Sequence record: ON528739
DNA: 64,000 nt
Direction: 5' to 3' (one strand)
Source of the DNA: Shigella phage ESh29
The notes beneath the pieces were generated by a model, which was given only the letters and a program-made list of their open reading frames with translations, was not told the origin of the DNA and searched no databases. The position numbers and the translations under genes were made by a program. Shown here one piece after another: positions 1 to 10,042 of the stretch; the first letter of the stretch is position 1; each line of letters opens with the position of its first letter.

Positions 1-229
1 AATCAGGAATAGTATTTGTTGCAACTACCTTAATAGTCTTTTGACCGGCAGGTCCTTTTAATACATAATCAAAAGTTGCTTCAGCTCCATCTTGTGGAGC
101 ATCATCTACAGTCCAAGCATATGTAATAGTTCCGCCTCCAGTTTGACCACTGGGTGTAGCAGTAAACTGCTTAGTTTCATCAATAACCCCTGTCGGTGTT
201 TTAGGAGTTATATCAACTGTAAAAGTCAT
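1..229 (-). CDS. hoc: Outer capsid protein Hoc, N-terminal part (gene runs past window start)
   Basis: Reverse-strand translation from the ATG at 227-229 reads MTFTVDITPKTPTGVIDETKQFTATPSGQTGGG..., recognised as the Hoc N-terminus; lies beside inh as in T4. Confidence 0.8.
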   Translation of the reverse strand, partial: MTFTVDITPKTPTGVIDETKQFTATPSGQTGGGTITYAWTVDDAPQDGAEATFDYVLKGPAGQKTIKVVATNTIPD

Positions 230-238
230 AAGTTATCC

Positions 239-919
239 TTATTTTAATGTTACGAAAGAAGAATTGCGTGTTTCACGAATTAAAACTGATCCATCACGAT
301 TAATGTAATAAATTAAGCTAAATAAAGTTTGGTGTGCTGACGCATGTTCAAAACTAGTTGGGTGAGATTTCCAATCCGGAGTTTCAGCAATCCACTGGTA
401 AATCCACCAAGGAACAGTGCAGAATCCTGGATTTTTTCCAATCAGCTGAAGATTCGGACTAAAGTTTTCCGGAAGAGTAAATACAGACGGCTTTTCAGAT
501 TCAATAATCTCAGCTACAGCCTGTTCGAATTTTTCTTCAACAAAAGGAGTATCTTCAATCAAAACATCAGTATTTTCAGGAATTTTATCCGTTTCTACTA
601 CTTCAATTTTAATGTCAGATTTAACCGGAGAATCAATCAGAAGTGCTGCCTCTGGATTGACTTCTTCATCGTCATATTTTAATCCGTCTGCGGCATCAGC
701 AGCATCAATTAAGTCTTTAATAGATAACCCATCAGTCTCTGGCATAGGTTCACTAGCGAGCTTCTGGAGGGCTTCTTCAATATCAGCAACGATATTATCA
801 AAAGATTTATTCTTTTTGACCTTTATACCAAACTGTTCAGCATATTCAGCTAATTTAGCTTTAGCTTCTTTATTATCATCAAGAGCCTTCAGCTCTGCAA
901 TATAATCTTTATCTATCAT
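239..919 (-). CDS. inh: Inh-like acidic protein (inhibitor of prohead protease), 226 aa
   Basis: ORF size and position between hoc and uvsW match T4 inh; acidic composition. Confidence 0.55.
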   Translation of the reverse strand: MIDKDYIAELKALDDNKEAKAKLAEYAEQFGIKVKKNKSFDNIVADIEEALQKLASEPMPETDGLSIKDLIDAADAADGLKYDDEEVNPEAALLIDSPVKSDIKIEVVETDKIPENTDVLIEDTPFVEEKFEQAVAEIIESEKPSVFTLPENFSPNLQLIGKNPGFCTVPWWIYQWIAETPDWKSHPTSFEHASAHQTLFSLIYYINRDGSVLIRETRNSSFVTLK

Positions 920-933
920 AATATTTCCTCAGT

Positions 934-941
934 ATAAATAT
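934..941 (+). promoter_or_regulatory. T4-type late promoter box TATAAATA upstream of uvsW
   Basis: Exact TATAAATA about 29 nt upstream of the uvsW ATG. Confidence 0.55.
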
Positions 942-969
942 AGATATATTTATTACATGGTATTTAGAC

Positions 970-2481
970 ATGACTGACATTAAAGTACATTTTTATGATT
1001 TTAGTCACGTGAGAATTGATTGTGAAGAAAGTACATTTCATGAACTCCGTGATTTCTTTAGCTTTGAAGCTGATGGGTATCGTTTTAATCCGAAGTACAG
1101 ATATGGCCACTGGGATGGACGAATCCGTCTGTTAGATTATAATCATCTTCTTCCATTCGGCTTAGTCGGGCAAATTAAAAAGTTCTGTGATAATTTTGGC
1201 TATAAAGCCTGGATTGACCCACAAATTAACGAAAAAGAAGAATTATCAAGAAAAGATTTTGATGAATGGCTTTCTAAATTAGAAATCTATTCAGGAAATA
1301 AAAGAATTGAACCACACTGGTATCAAAAAGATGCAGTGTTCGAAGGATTAGTTAATCGTCGTAGAATTCTTAATCTTCCAACATCCGCAGGTAAATCTTT
1401 AATTCAAGCTTTGCTTGCACGTTATTATTTGGAAAATTATGAAGGTAAAATTCTTATCATTGTTCCAACAACTGCTCTGACAACTCAGATGGCTGATGAC
1501 TTCGTCGACTATCGTCTATTCAGTCATGCAATGATAAAGAAAATTGGTGGCGGAGCATCAAAAGATGATAAATATAAAAATGATGCACCAGTCGTTGTTG
1601 GTACATGGCAAACTGTAGTAAAACAACCAAAAGAATGGTTCTCACAGTTTGGAATGATGATGAATGATGAATGCCATCTTGCTACAGGAAAAAGTATTTC
1701 ATCTATCATATCAGGTTTAAATAACTGCATGTTCAAATTTGGTCTATCTGGTTCATTACGTGATGGCAAAGCCAATATCATGCAGTATGTTGGAATGTTT
1801 GGTGAAATATTTAAGCCAGTAACGACTTCTAAGTTAATGGAAGATGGACAAGTAACTGAGCTAAAAATTAATAGTATTTTTCTTCGTTATCCTGATGAGT
1901 TCACTACCAAATTAAAGGGAAAAACTTATCAAGAAGAAATAAAAATTATTACGGGGCTTAGTAAAAGAAATAAATGGATCGCTAAATTAGCTATTAAGCT
2001 TGCGCAAAAAGATGAAAACGCTTTTGTCATGTTTAAACATGTATCACATGGTAAAGCTATTTTCGATTTAATTAAAAATGAATACGATAAAGTTTATTAC
2101 GTATCAGGGGAAGTTGATACAGAAACCCGCAATATAATGAAAACCTTAGCTGAAAATGGTAAAGGAATAATTATAGTAGCTAGTTATGGTGTATTTTCTA
2201 CTGGTATTTCAGTTAAAAATCTTCATCACGTTGTTTTAGCGCACGGTGTTAAATCAAAAATCATTGTATTACAAACAATTGGTCGTGTATTACGTAAGCA
2301 TGGTTCTAAAACAATCGCAACAGTCTGGGACCTCATAGATGATTGTGGTGTTAAGCCAAAATCTGCTAATACGAAAAAGAAATATGTTCATTTGAACTAT
2401 CTTTTAAAACACGGCGTTGATCGTATTCAGCGCTACGCAGATGAAAAATTTAATTACGTAATGAAAACAGTTAATTTATAA
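970..2481 (+). CDS. uvsW: UvsW recombination/repair SF2 helicase, 503 aa
   Basis: Walker A (PTSAGKS), DECH box (MNDECHLATG), helicase C-terminal motifs; N-terminus recognised as T4 UvsW. Confidence 0.95.
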   Translation: MTDIKVHFYDFSHVRIDCEESTFHELRDFFSFEADGYRFNPKYRYGHWDGRIRLLDYNHLLPFGLVGQIKKFCDNFGYKAWIDPQINEKEELSRKDFDEWLSKLEIYSGNKRIEPHWYQKDAVFEGLVNRRRILNLPTSAGKSLIQALLARYYLENYEGKILIIVPTTALTTQMADDFVDYRLFSHAMIKKIGGGASKDDKYKNDAPVVVGTWQTVVKQPKEWFSQFGMMMNDECHLATGKSISSIISGLNNCMFKFGLSGSLRDGKANIMQYVGMFGEIFKPVTTSKLMEDGQVTELKINSIFLRYPDEFTTKLKGKTYQEEIKIITGLSKRNKWIAKLAIKLAQKDENAFVMFKHVSHGKAIFDLIKNEYDKVYYVSGEVDTETRNIMKTLAENGKGIIIVASYGVFSTGISVKNLHHVVLAHGVKSKIIVLQTIGRVLRKHGSKTIATVWDLIDDCGVKPKSANTKKKYVHLNYLLKHGVDRIQRYADEKFNYVMKTVNL

Positions 2482-2493
2482 GGGCTTCGGCCC
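2482..2493 (+). promoter_or_regulatory. GC hairpin (GGGCTTCGGCCC) directly followed by TTTGGAG Shine-Dalgarno of uvsW.1
   Basis: Perfect stem with TTCG loop between the uvsW stop and uvsW.1 RBS. Confidence 0.5.
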
Positions 2494-2506
2494 TTTGGAG
2501 AAAAAG

Positions 2507-2737
2507 ATGTTACTAGAATTTAAACAATTTCTTTATGAAGCTTCTATTGATGAATTTATGGGTAAAATTGCCTCTTGTCAAACATTAGAAGGTTTAGAAG
2601 AACTTGAAGCTTATTATAAGAAAAGAGTTAAAGAAACTGAATTAAAAGATACTGATGACATCTCTGTGAGAGATGCTTTGGCAGGAAAAAGAGCTGAATT
2701 AGAAGATTCAGACGATGAAGTAGAAGAAAGCTTTTAA
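2507..2737 (+). CDS. uvsW.1: UvsW.1-like small acidic protein, 76 aa
   Basis: ATG at 2507 preceded by GGAG; track ORF 2495 begins at a TTG; position directly after uvsW. Confidence 0.7.
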   Translation: MLLEFKQFLYEASIDEFMGKIASCQTLEGLEELEAYYKKRVKETELKDTDDISVRDALAGKRAELEDSDDEVEESF

Positions 2738-2746
2738 ATTAAAAAA

Positions 2747-2769
2747 GGCCCAACCAAAAAGGAAGGGCC
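2747..2769 (-). terminator. Rho-independent terminator candidate (minus strand)
   Basis: GGCCC...GGGCC stem followed by a T-run on the minus strand, downstream of the small ORF ending at 2793. Confidence 0.4.
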
Positions 2770-2792
2770 AAAACTATAGACTAAAGGTCACA

Positions 2793-2960
2793 CTATAGCA
2801 AAAGTTGTGTTTCATTTAATTGTTCTTCAGAACTTTCTGAAACTGGTAGTTCTTTAATGTAATTATAGCAAGGCCCAGGATGTACAGGACCTTTGTCTGT
2901 TTCAACAACCAATGCAGAATCGATTGGAGTTTTACAGACAACACAAATCTTATCTGACAT
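2793..2960 (-). CDS. Small conserved protein, 55 aa (T4 uvsY.-2 position)
   Basis: ORF below the track length cut-off, translated by hand (MSDKICVVCKTPIDS...); occupies the gap between uvsW.1 and the next ORF. Confidence 0.45.
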   Translation of the reverse strand: MSDKICVVCKTPIDSALVVETDKGPVHPGPCYNYIKELPVSESSEEQLNETQLLL

Positions 2961-2988
2961 GATTGTCTCCTCTAAATTATATATCTAT

Positions 2989-3213
2989 TTATATAACTCT
3001 CATATGCATATCAATGCCCATATCTTTAGAATAAAAATATTCATCAAGATATCCGGCAAATTTTCCTTTAACATAAAGTACATCTTCACCACATGGGTGG
3101 TCGGCCAGGATACGAATATCCTGACGCTTGAGATTATACTTCTTCATTAAGAATTGAATTTCCGTTTCAAATTCTTCTTCATAATTAAAAGCATCATCAA
3201 TGCTATATTTCAT
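2989..3213 (-). CDS. Small protein, 74 aa (T4 uvsY.-1 position)
   Basis: ORF immediately downstream of uvsY on the minus strand, abutting its stop. Confidence 0.55.
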   Translation of the reverse strand: MKYSIDDAFNYEEEFETEIQFLMKKYNLKRQDIRILADHPCGEDVLYVKGKFAGYLDEYFYSKDMGIDMHMRVI

Positions 3214-3626
3214 TATTTTCCAGCCTCAAATGCTCGCATGTCTTGAATATGCTTAATAGCAAATCCACGTGATTTAATAGCATCAAGAGCTCCACTACAG
3301 AAATCTAATAAAATCCCCCAATACTGCAGCGAGGTATCAACCTTTAAAACATCCTTATCAGCTGATAGAACTGTTTTCATTTCTGATTTCTCGTAACGAT
3401 CCATACTAAATTCATCACCATCTCCTCGTCCCGAGTAGTAGTCTAATTTAGCTTTAAGAGCAACTTTTTTCTGTGCATCAATTCTAAGCATTTCCTTTTT
3501 AATACTTGAATGCTTATTAAGCCATTTACTATATAACATCACATTATTAGCTGCTTCATACTGTAATTTAGTCGAATCTATAAACACATCTTTCTTCAAT
3601 TCTTCTTGAAGATCTTCTAATCTCAT
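3213..3626 (-). CDS. uvsY: UvsY recombination mediator protein, 137 aa
   Basis: Length and sequence recognised as T4 UvsY; synteny. Confidence 0.9.
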   Translation of the reverse strand: MRLEDLQEELKKDVFIDSTKLQYEAANNVMLYSKWLNKHSSIKKEMLRIDAQKKVALKAKLDYYSGRGDGDEFSMDRYEKSEMKTVLSADKDVLKVDTSLQYWGILLDFCSGALDAIKSRGFAIKHIQDMRAFEAGK

Positions 3627-3692
3627 ATTGTTCTCTATTCAATTGTTATTGGATGGACTTAGATTCATTATACCACGTTTATACGTGAAGCA

Positions 3693-4091
3693 TTATACTC
3701 TATTACTGGAAGCCAGTTGCAGTTTTATCTGCTCAATATCATCAGGGTTATCGATGACCGAAAAGCGTATTTCTACTATCAGAGTATAATCATCATAAAC
3801 TGGTATTACATTAACTGCTAATTTATCAATACGTGGCTCGTAGTTTCTTACTGCGCTTTCAATGTTACGCTCAACTGTATCAGCAGTAAGAGGAGTCATA
3901 TTCTCAAAAAGTTGATCAGATAAATCGCATCCAAATTCTGGGTCAAATGGCCTTGACCCTTTCCTGGTTGTAATAATTCCCAAAAGGCTATTTTTAATTG
4001 ACCTTAATCCAAGAGATCTAGAAACGTCTTTGTCCCAATCCATTTTCATTTCTGGGTCGATGTCAGAATAAAGCTTATTAATATTTGCCAT
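3693..4091 (-). CDS. 25: Baseplate wedge protein gp25, 132 aa
   Basis: Length and sequence recognised as gp25; precedes gp26. Confidence 0.9.
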   Translation of the reverse strand: MANINKLYSDIDPEMKMDWDKDVSRSLGLRSIKNSLLGIITTRKGSRPFDPEFGCDLSDQLFENMTPLTADTVERNIESAVRNYEPRIDKLAVNVIPVYDDYTLIVEIRFSVIDNPDDIEQIKLQLASSNRV

Positions 4092-4717
4092 TATAGTAAC
4101 TCAAAGAATTCTTTGAGTCCTCTTATTACATGAGCGTGAGTTTTTCCACACTCTGGACACTTAATTGGAACAGCCAAATAAACAGTAGGCTTTAAAAGCA
4201 TATCTTTTATAGCTACAATATCTGACTCTGTGATGATAGAATATAAATCTTCCAACTCTTTTTCATTCAAGTCTTCAATTGGAATGCTTTCCCCGTTAGC
4301 ATGAATCGTTTCTATACATGATACTATCATGTGGGCTATATTTTTATCATCAAAAATTTTGGGGTAATGGAACTTAATTTTAATGTCACCCAGTGTATAC
4401 CAGAGGTCTTCTGGTGCATCTATTTGCGTATGTAATAGATTTATATGGGTTGGTATTTCAGTTCCACAGGTGCACTTCCAGGAGTTTTCGTGATTAACTT
4501 CCCCAAGAGAATGTGCCCATAAATGAATCAACAAGAGTTCTGATTCTTGGCGGTTTAAATCTTTTGCATTTGTACAGTCTTTGATTAGCTTTTTAACAAT
4601 CTCTTCTACTGAACCATTCTTTTTAGCAGTAATAAGTTCTAGATATTCTTTAAGAGTAAATGCGCGACAATTGATTATTTTAGAACCAACTCTCACATCA
4701 AATTTGTATTCATACAT
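4091..4717 (-). CDS. 26: Baseplate hub subunit gp26, 208 aa
   Basis: Size and synteny (25-26 divergent from 51-27). Confidence 0.8.
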   Translation of the reverse strand: MYEYKFDVRVGSKIINCRAFTLKEYLELITAKKNGSVEEIVKKLIKDCTNAKDLNRQESELLLIHLWAHSLGEVNHENSWKCTCGTEIPTHINLLHTQIDAPEDLWYTLGDIKIKFHYPKIFDDKNIAHMIVSCIETIHANGESIPIEDLNEKELEDLYSIITESDIVAIKDMLLKPTVYLAVPIKCPECGKTHAHVIRGLKEFFELL

Positions 4718-4738
4718 ATTTAGCTCCTTTATTTATCA

Positions 4739-4746
4739 TATTTATA
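4739..4746 (-). promoter_or_regulatory. Late promoter TATAAATA (minus strand) for gene 26
   Basis: Plus-strand TATTTATA is TATAAATA on the minus strand, 22 nt upstream of the gp26 ATG. Confidence 0.55.
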
Positions 4747-4750
4747 AATA
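4743..4750 (+). promoter_or_regulatory. Late promoter TATAAATA (plus strand) for gene 51
   Basis: Exact TATAAATA 18 nt upstream of the gp51 ATG; overlaps the minus-strand box. Confidence 0.55.
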
Positions 4751-4767
4751 GAATAAAAGGAGCATCT

Positions 4768-5520
4768 ATGGCAAACATTATTCGTTGTAAATTACCAGAT
4801 GGTGTTCATCGTTTTAAACCATTTACGGTAGAAGATTATCGAGATTTTTTGTTAGTTCGAAACGATATAGAACATCGGTCACCACAAGAACAAAAAGAAG
4901 TAATTGCTGATTTAATTGCTGATTATTTTGGAGACTATCCAAAGACTTGGCAACCATTTATATTTTTGCAGGTATTTGTAGGTTCAATAGGTAAAACTAA
5001 AGTACCGGTCACATTCATATGTCCAAAATGTAAAAAAGAAAAGACAGTTCCATTTGAAATATATCAAAAAGAATTAAAGGAACCTATTTTTGATGTAGCT
5101 AATGTTAAAATTAAATTAAATTTTCCTTATGAGTTTTATGAAAATAAAGCAAAGATGATTACTGAAAATATTCATTCTGTTCAAGTAGATGAAATGTGGT
5201 ATGATTGGAAGGAAATTAGTGAATCAAGTCAAATAGAACTTGTTGACGCCATCGAGATAGAAACATTAGAAAAAATTCTCGATGCAATGAATCCTATTAA
5301 TTTAACATTGCACATGTCGTGTTGTGATAAGTACATTAAAAAATACACTGATATAGTAGATGTGTTTAAGCTATTAGTTAATCCAGATGAGATATTTACT
5401 TTTTATCAAATTAATCACACACTTGTAAAAAGTAATTATAGCTTAAATTCAATAATGAAAATGATTCCTGCCGAGCGCGGATTCGTATTAAAACTGATTG
5501 AGAAGGATAAGCATCAATGA
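4768..5520 (+). CDS. 51: Baseplate hub assembly protein gp51, 250 aa
   Basis: Size and synteny; CxxC pairs (CPKCKK, MSCCDK). Confidence 0.8.
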   Translation: MANIIRCKLPDGVHRFKPFTVEDYRDFLLVRNDIEHRSPQEQKEVIADLIADYFGDYPKTWQPFIFLQVFVGSIGKTKVPVTFICPKCKKEKTVPFEIYQKELKEPIFDVANVKIKLNFPYEFYENKAKMITENIHSVQVDEMWYDWKEISESSQIELVDAIEIETLEKILDAMNPINLTLHMSCCDKYIKKYTDIVDVFKLLVNPDEIFTFYQINHTLVKSNYSLNSIMKMIPAERGFVLKLIEKDKHQ

Positions 5521-6689
5521 GTATGTTACAACGTCCTGGATATCCAAATCTCAGCGTTAAATTATTTGAGAGTTATGACGCTTGGAGTAATAATAGATTT
5601 GTTGAATTAGCTGCTACTATTACCACATTAACTATGCGTGACTCTCTTTATGGTCGAAATGAAGGAATGCTACAATTTTATGATTCTAAAAACATTCATA
5701 CAAAAATGGATGGAAATGAAATAATTCAGATTTCTGTAGCTAATGCAAACGATATTAATAATGTTAAAACACGAATTTATGGATGCAAGCATTTTTCCGT
5801 GTCAGTAGATTCAAAAGGCGATAACATCATTGCTATTGAATTAGGAACTATTCATTCTATAGAAAATCTTAAATTTGGTAGACCATTTTTCCCTGATGCC
5901 GGTGAATCTATAAAGGAAATGCTTGGCGTAATTTATCAAGATCGTACATTATTAACTCCAGCGATAAATGCTATTAATGCTTATGTTCCTGATATTCCAT
6001 GGACTAGCACATTTGAAAACTATTTGTCATATGTAAGAGAAGTTGCTCTAGCGGTAGGAAGCGATAAGTTCGTATTTGTATGGCAAGACATCATGGGAGT
6101 TAACATGATGGACTATGATATGATGATAAATCAAGAACCATATCCAATGATTGTAGGTGAGCCAACTTTAATAGGTCAATTCGTCCAAGAATTGAAATAT
6201 CCATTAGCATATGATTTTGTTTGGTTGACTAAATCAAACCCGCATAAACGTGATCCAATGAAAAATGCTACTATCTATGCTCATTCATTTTTAGATTCTT
6301 CATTACCAATGATTACTACAGGAAAGGGTGAAAACTCTATTGTAGTGTCAAGGTCAGGTGCTTATTCTGAAATGACTTATAGGAATGGCTATGAAGAAGC
6401 TATTCGTCTTCAGACTATGGCGCAGTATGATGGTTACGCTAAATGTTCTACTGTCGGTAATTTTAACTTGACTCCTGGCGTTAAAATTATTTTTAATGAT
6501 AGTAAAAACCAATTTAAAACAGAATTTTACGTTGATGAAGTTATCCATGAATTATCCAATAATAATTCAGTAACTCATCTTTATATGTTCACTAATGCAA
6601 CGAAACTGGAAACAATCGACCCAGTTAAGGTTAAAAATGAATTTAAAACTGATACTACCACTGAAGAAAGTAGTTCTTCCGATAAGTAA
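5517..6689 (+). CDS. 27: Baseplate hub subunit gp27, 390 aa
   Basis: Size and synteny; ATGA overlap with gp51 stop. Confidence 0.9.
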   Translation: MSMLQRPGYPNLSVKLFESYDAWSNNRFVELAATITTLTMRDSLYGRNEGMLQFYDSKNIHTKMDGNEIIQISVANANDINNVKTRIYGCKHFSVSVDSKGDNIIAIELGTIHSIENLKFGRPFFPDAGESIKEMLGVIYQDRTLLTPAINAINAYVPDIPWTSTFENYLSYVREVALAVGSDKFVFVWQDIMGVNMMDYDMMINQEPYPMIVGEPTLIGQFVQELKYPLAYDFVWLTKSNPHKRDPMKNATIYAHSFLDSSLPMITTGKGENSIVVSRSGAYSEMTYRNGYEEAIRLQTMAQYDGYAKCSTVGNFNLTPGVKIIFNDSKNQFKTEFYVDEVIHELSNNNSVTHLYMFTNATKLETIDPVKVKNEFKTDTTTEESSSSDK

Positions 6690-7170
6690 TAAAGAAGTTT
6701 CTATTCCTAAGATGGGTCTTAAACATTATAACATTTTAAAAGATGTTAAAGGTCCTGATGAAAATTTAAAGCTTCTTATTGATTCTATTTGTCCAAATTT
6801 ATCACCGGCAGAAGTTGATTTCGTTTCTATTCATTTGCTAGAATTTAATGGAAAGATTAAATCTCGTAAAGAAATAGATGGTTATACTTATGATATTAAT
6901 GACGTTTATGTATGCCAAAGATTAGAATTTCAATACCAAGGAAATACATTTTATTTTAGACCTCCTGGAAAATTTGAACAATTTTTAACGGTGAGCGATA
7001 TGTTATCCAAATGCTTGCTTAAGGTCAATGATGAAGTTAAAGAAATTAATTTTCTTGAGATGCCAGCATTCGTTTTAAAATGGGCAAATGATATTTCTAC
7101 AACTTTAGCAATTCCTGGCCCTAATGGTCCAATAACCGGAATTGGCAATATTATTGGATTATTTGAATGA
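6637..7170 (+). CDS. 28: Baseplate hub distal subunit gp28, 177 aa
   Basis: Internal ATG ([11 protein letters not shown]...) chosen inside track ORF 6595-7170 to give a T4-like length; start uncertain. Confidence 0.75.
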   Translation: MNLKLILPLKKVVLPISNKEVSIPKMGLKHYNILKDVKGPDENLKLLIDSICPNLSPAEVDFVSIHLLEFNGKIKSRKEIDGYTYDINDVYVCQRLEFQYQGNTFYFRPPGKFEQFLTVSDMLSKCLLKVNDEVKEINFLEMPAFVLKWANDISTTLAIPGPNGPITGIGNIIGLFE

Positions 7171-8939
7171 AAAAGCCACAAGAAATGCAAACTATGCGTA
7201 GAAAAGTTATTTCAGATAATAAACCAACACAGGAAGCGGCTAAATCCGCTTCTAACACTTTATCTGGACTTAATGACATATCTACGAAATTGGATGATGC
7301 TCAAGCTGCCTCTGAATTAATAGCTCAAACCGTCGAAGAAAAATCGAATGAAATAGTTGGAGCAATTGATAACGTTGAAAGCGCAGTAAGTGATACTACT
7401 GCCGGTTCTGAGTTAATTGCCGAGACTGTTGAAATTGGCAATAATATCAATAAAGAAATAGGCGAATCACTCGGAAGCAAATTAGATAAATTAACGAATT
7501 TATTAGAACAAAAAATTCAAACAGCTGGAATTCAACAGACTGGAACGAGTTTAGCAGTAGTCGAAAATGCTATTCCTGTTAAAGTCGTCGAGGATGATAC
7601 AGCTGAATCTGTGGGTCCTTTATTACCGGCTCCTGAAGCAGTTAATAATGATCCTGATGCTGATTTTTTCCCTACTCCTCAGCCAATTGAACCAAAACAA
7701 GAGTCTCCAGAAGAGAAGCAAAAAAGAGACGCATTTAACTTAAAATTATCTCAAGCTTTAGATAAATTAACAAAGACAGTTGATTTCGGATTTAAGAAAT
7801 CTATTTCAATTACTGATAAAATATCTAGCATGTTATTTAAGTATACCGTCAGTGCTGCTATTGAAGCTGCTAAAATGGTTGCATTGATAATGGCTGTTGT
7901 TATTGGAATAGACCTACTGATGGTTCATTTTAAATACTGGTCAGATAAATTTTCAAAAGCCTGGGATTTATTTAGCACTGATTTTAAAACTTTCTCAAGC
8001 GAAACAGGAACTTGGGGTCCTTTATTACAAAGCATCTTTGAATCTATTGATGAAATTAAAAAGTTCTGGGAAGCTGGAGATTGGGGCGGATTAACAGTAG
8101 CTATTGTTGAAGGACTTGGAAGTGTTCTTTATAATTTAGGAGAGCTTATTCAATTAGGTATGGCTAAATTATCTGCAGCAATTCTTCGAGTCATTCCTGG
8201 CATGAAGGATACTGCTGATGAAGTAGAAGGAAGAGCATTAGAAAATTTCCAAAATTCTACTGGAGCATCTCTTAATAAAGAAGACCAAGAAAAAGTAGCA
8301 AATTATCAAGATAAACGAATGAATGATGATCTTGGCCCAATAGCAAAAGGATTAGACAAAATTGCGAACTGGAAAACTCGTGCATCTAACTGGATTCGTG
8401 GTGTAGATAATAAAGAAGCATTGACTACTGACGAAGAACGTGCAGCAGAAGAAGAAAAATTAAAACAACTTTCACCGGAAGAAAGAAAAAATGCTTTAAT
8501 GAAAGCTAATGAAGCTCGTGCTGCGATGATTCGTTTTGAAAAATACGCTGATTCAGCTGATATGAGCAAAGACTCGACAGTTAAATCAATTGAAGCTGCT
8601 CATGAAGACCTTAAAAAACGAATGAATGATCCGGATTTAAATAATTCACCAGCAGTTAAAAAAGAACTTGCTTCTAGATTTGCTAAAATTGATGCCACTT
8701 ATCAAGAGCTCAAGAAAAATCAACCTGAAGCAAAACCTGAAACTTCTGCTAAATCACCAGAAGCAAAACAGGTCCAGGTGATTGAAAAGAACAAAGCACA
8801 ACAAGCTCCTGTTCAACAAGCATCTCCTTCAATCAATAATACTAATAATGTTATTAAGAAAAATACTGTCGTTCATAATATGACACCTGTCACAAGCACA
8901 ACTGCTCCTGGTGTATTTGGTGCGACAGGAGTTAATTAA
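7167..8939 (+). CDS. 29: Baseplate hub / tail length determinator gp29, 590 aa
   Basis: Size and synteny; ATGA overlap with gp28. Confidence 0.9.
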   Translation: MKKPQEMQTMRRKVISDNKPTQEAAKSASNTLSGLNDISTKLDDAQAASELIAQTVEEKSNEIVGAIDNVESAVSDTTAGSELIAETVEIGNNINKEIGESLGSKLDKLTNLLEQKIQTAGIQQTGTSLAVVENAIPVKVVEDDTAESVGPLLPAPEAVNNDPDADFFPTPQPIEPKQESPEEKQKRDAFNLKLSQALDKLTKTVDFGFKKSISITDKISSMLFKYTVSAAIEAAKMVALIMAVVIGIDLLMVHFKYWSDKFSKAWDLFSTDFKTFSSETGTWGPLLQSIFESIDEIKKFWEAGDWGGLTVAIVEGLGSVLYNLGELIQLGMAKLSAAILRVIPGMKDTADEVEGRALENFQNSTGASLNKEDQEKVANYQDKRMNDDLGPIAKGLDKIANWKTRASNWIRGVDNKEALTTDEERAAEEEKLKQLSPEERKNALMKANEARAAMIRFEKYADSADMSKDSTVKSIEAAHEDLKKRMNDPDLNNSPAVKKELASRFAKIDATYQELKKNQPEAKPETSAKSPEAKQVQVIEKNKAQQAPVQQASPSINNTNNVIKKNTVVHNMTPVTSTTAPGVFGATGVN

Positions 8940-8947
8940 GGAATAAT

Positions 8948-10042
8948 ATGGCAATTGTTAAAGAAATAACTGCTGATTTAATTAAAAAGTCCGGTGAGAA
9001 AATTTCAGCCGGACAGAGTACTAAATCAGAAGTAGGAACTAAAACATATACTGCCCAGTTTCCAACTGGGCGTGCTAGTGGTAATGACACTACAGGGGAC
9101 TTCCAGGTAACAGATCTATATAAGAATGGATTATTATTTACTGCATACAATATGTCATCTAGGGATTCTGGAAGTCTTAGAACGATGAGATCTAACTACT
9201 CTTCTTCATCTTCGAGTATTTTACGTACAGCCAGAAACACTATCAGTAATACAGTATCAAAACTATCAAATGGACTAATATCAGATAATAATTCAGGAAC
9301 AATAAGTAAAGTTCCTGTTGCAAATATTCTTTTACCTAGATCTAAATCCGATGTTGATACATCATCACATAGATTTAATGATGTTCAAGATAGTCTTATT
9401 ACAAAAGGTGGAGGTACTGCTACTGGTGTGCTAAGCAATATGGCTTCAACCGCAGTATTTGGAGCGCTGGAAAGTATAACACAAGGTATAATGGCTGATA
9501 ATAATGAACAGATTTATACGACAGCCAGAAGCATGTACGGCGGTGCTGAAAATAGAACTAAAGTGTTCACTTGGGATTTGACTCCGCGCTCAACAGAAGA
9601 TTTAATGGCTATTATTAATATCTATCAGTATTTTAACTATTTTTCTTACGGTGAAACTGGTAAATCTCAATATGCTGCTGAAATAAAAGGATATCTAGAT
9701 GAGTGGTACCGTTCTACTTTTATTGAGCCGTTAACTCCAGAAGATGCAGTTAAAAATAAGACGTTATTTGAGAAAATGACATCGAGTTTAACTAACGTTC
9801 TTGTAGTTTCAAACCCGACAATTTGGATGGTGAAAAACTTTGGTGCAACATCTAAGTTTGATGGAAAAACGGAAATATTCGGTCCATGTCAAATCCAGAG
9901 TATCAGATTTGATAAAACACCTAATGGTAACTTTAACGGATTAGCTATTGCTCCAAATCTCCCTAGTACATTTACTCTCGAGATTACTATGAGAGAAATT
10001 ATCACGTTAAACCGTGCTTCTTTATATGCGGGGACTTTTTAA
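8948..10042 (+). CDS. 48: Baseplate tail tube cap gp48, 364 aa
   Basis: Size and synteny. Confidence 0.9.
   Translation: MAIVKEITADLIKKSGEKISAGQSTKSEVGTKTYTAQFPTGRASGNDTTGDFQVTDLYKNGLLFTAYNMSSRDSGSLRTMRSNYSSSSSSILRTARNTISNTVSKLSNGLISDNNSGTISKVPVANILLPRSKSDVDTSSHRFNDVQDSLITKGGGTATGVLSNMASTAVFGALESITQGIMADNNEQIYTTARSMYGGAENRTKVFTWDLTPRSTEDLMAIINIYQYFNYFSYGETGKSQYAAEIKGYLDEWYRSTFIEPLTPEDAVKNKTLFEKMTSSLTNVLVVSNPTIWMVKNFGATSKFDGKTEIFGPCQIQSIRFDKTPNGNFNGLAIAPNLPSTFTLEITMREIITLNRASLYAGTF

Noticed and set aside
344-905. Plus-strand ORFs (112 and 97 aa) inside inh
   Set aside because: Antisense to a syntenic gene, with low-complexity Ser/Phe-rich translations.
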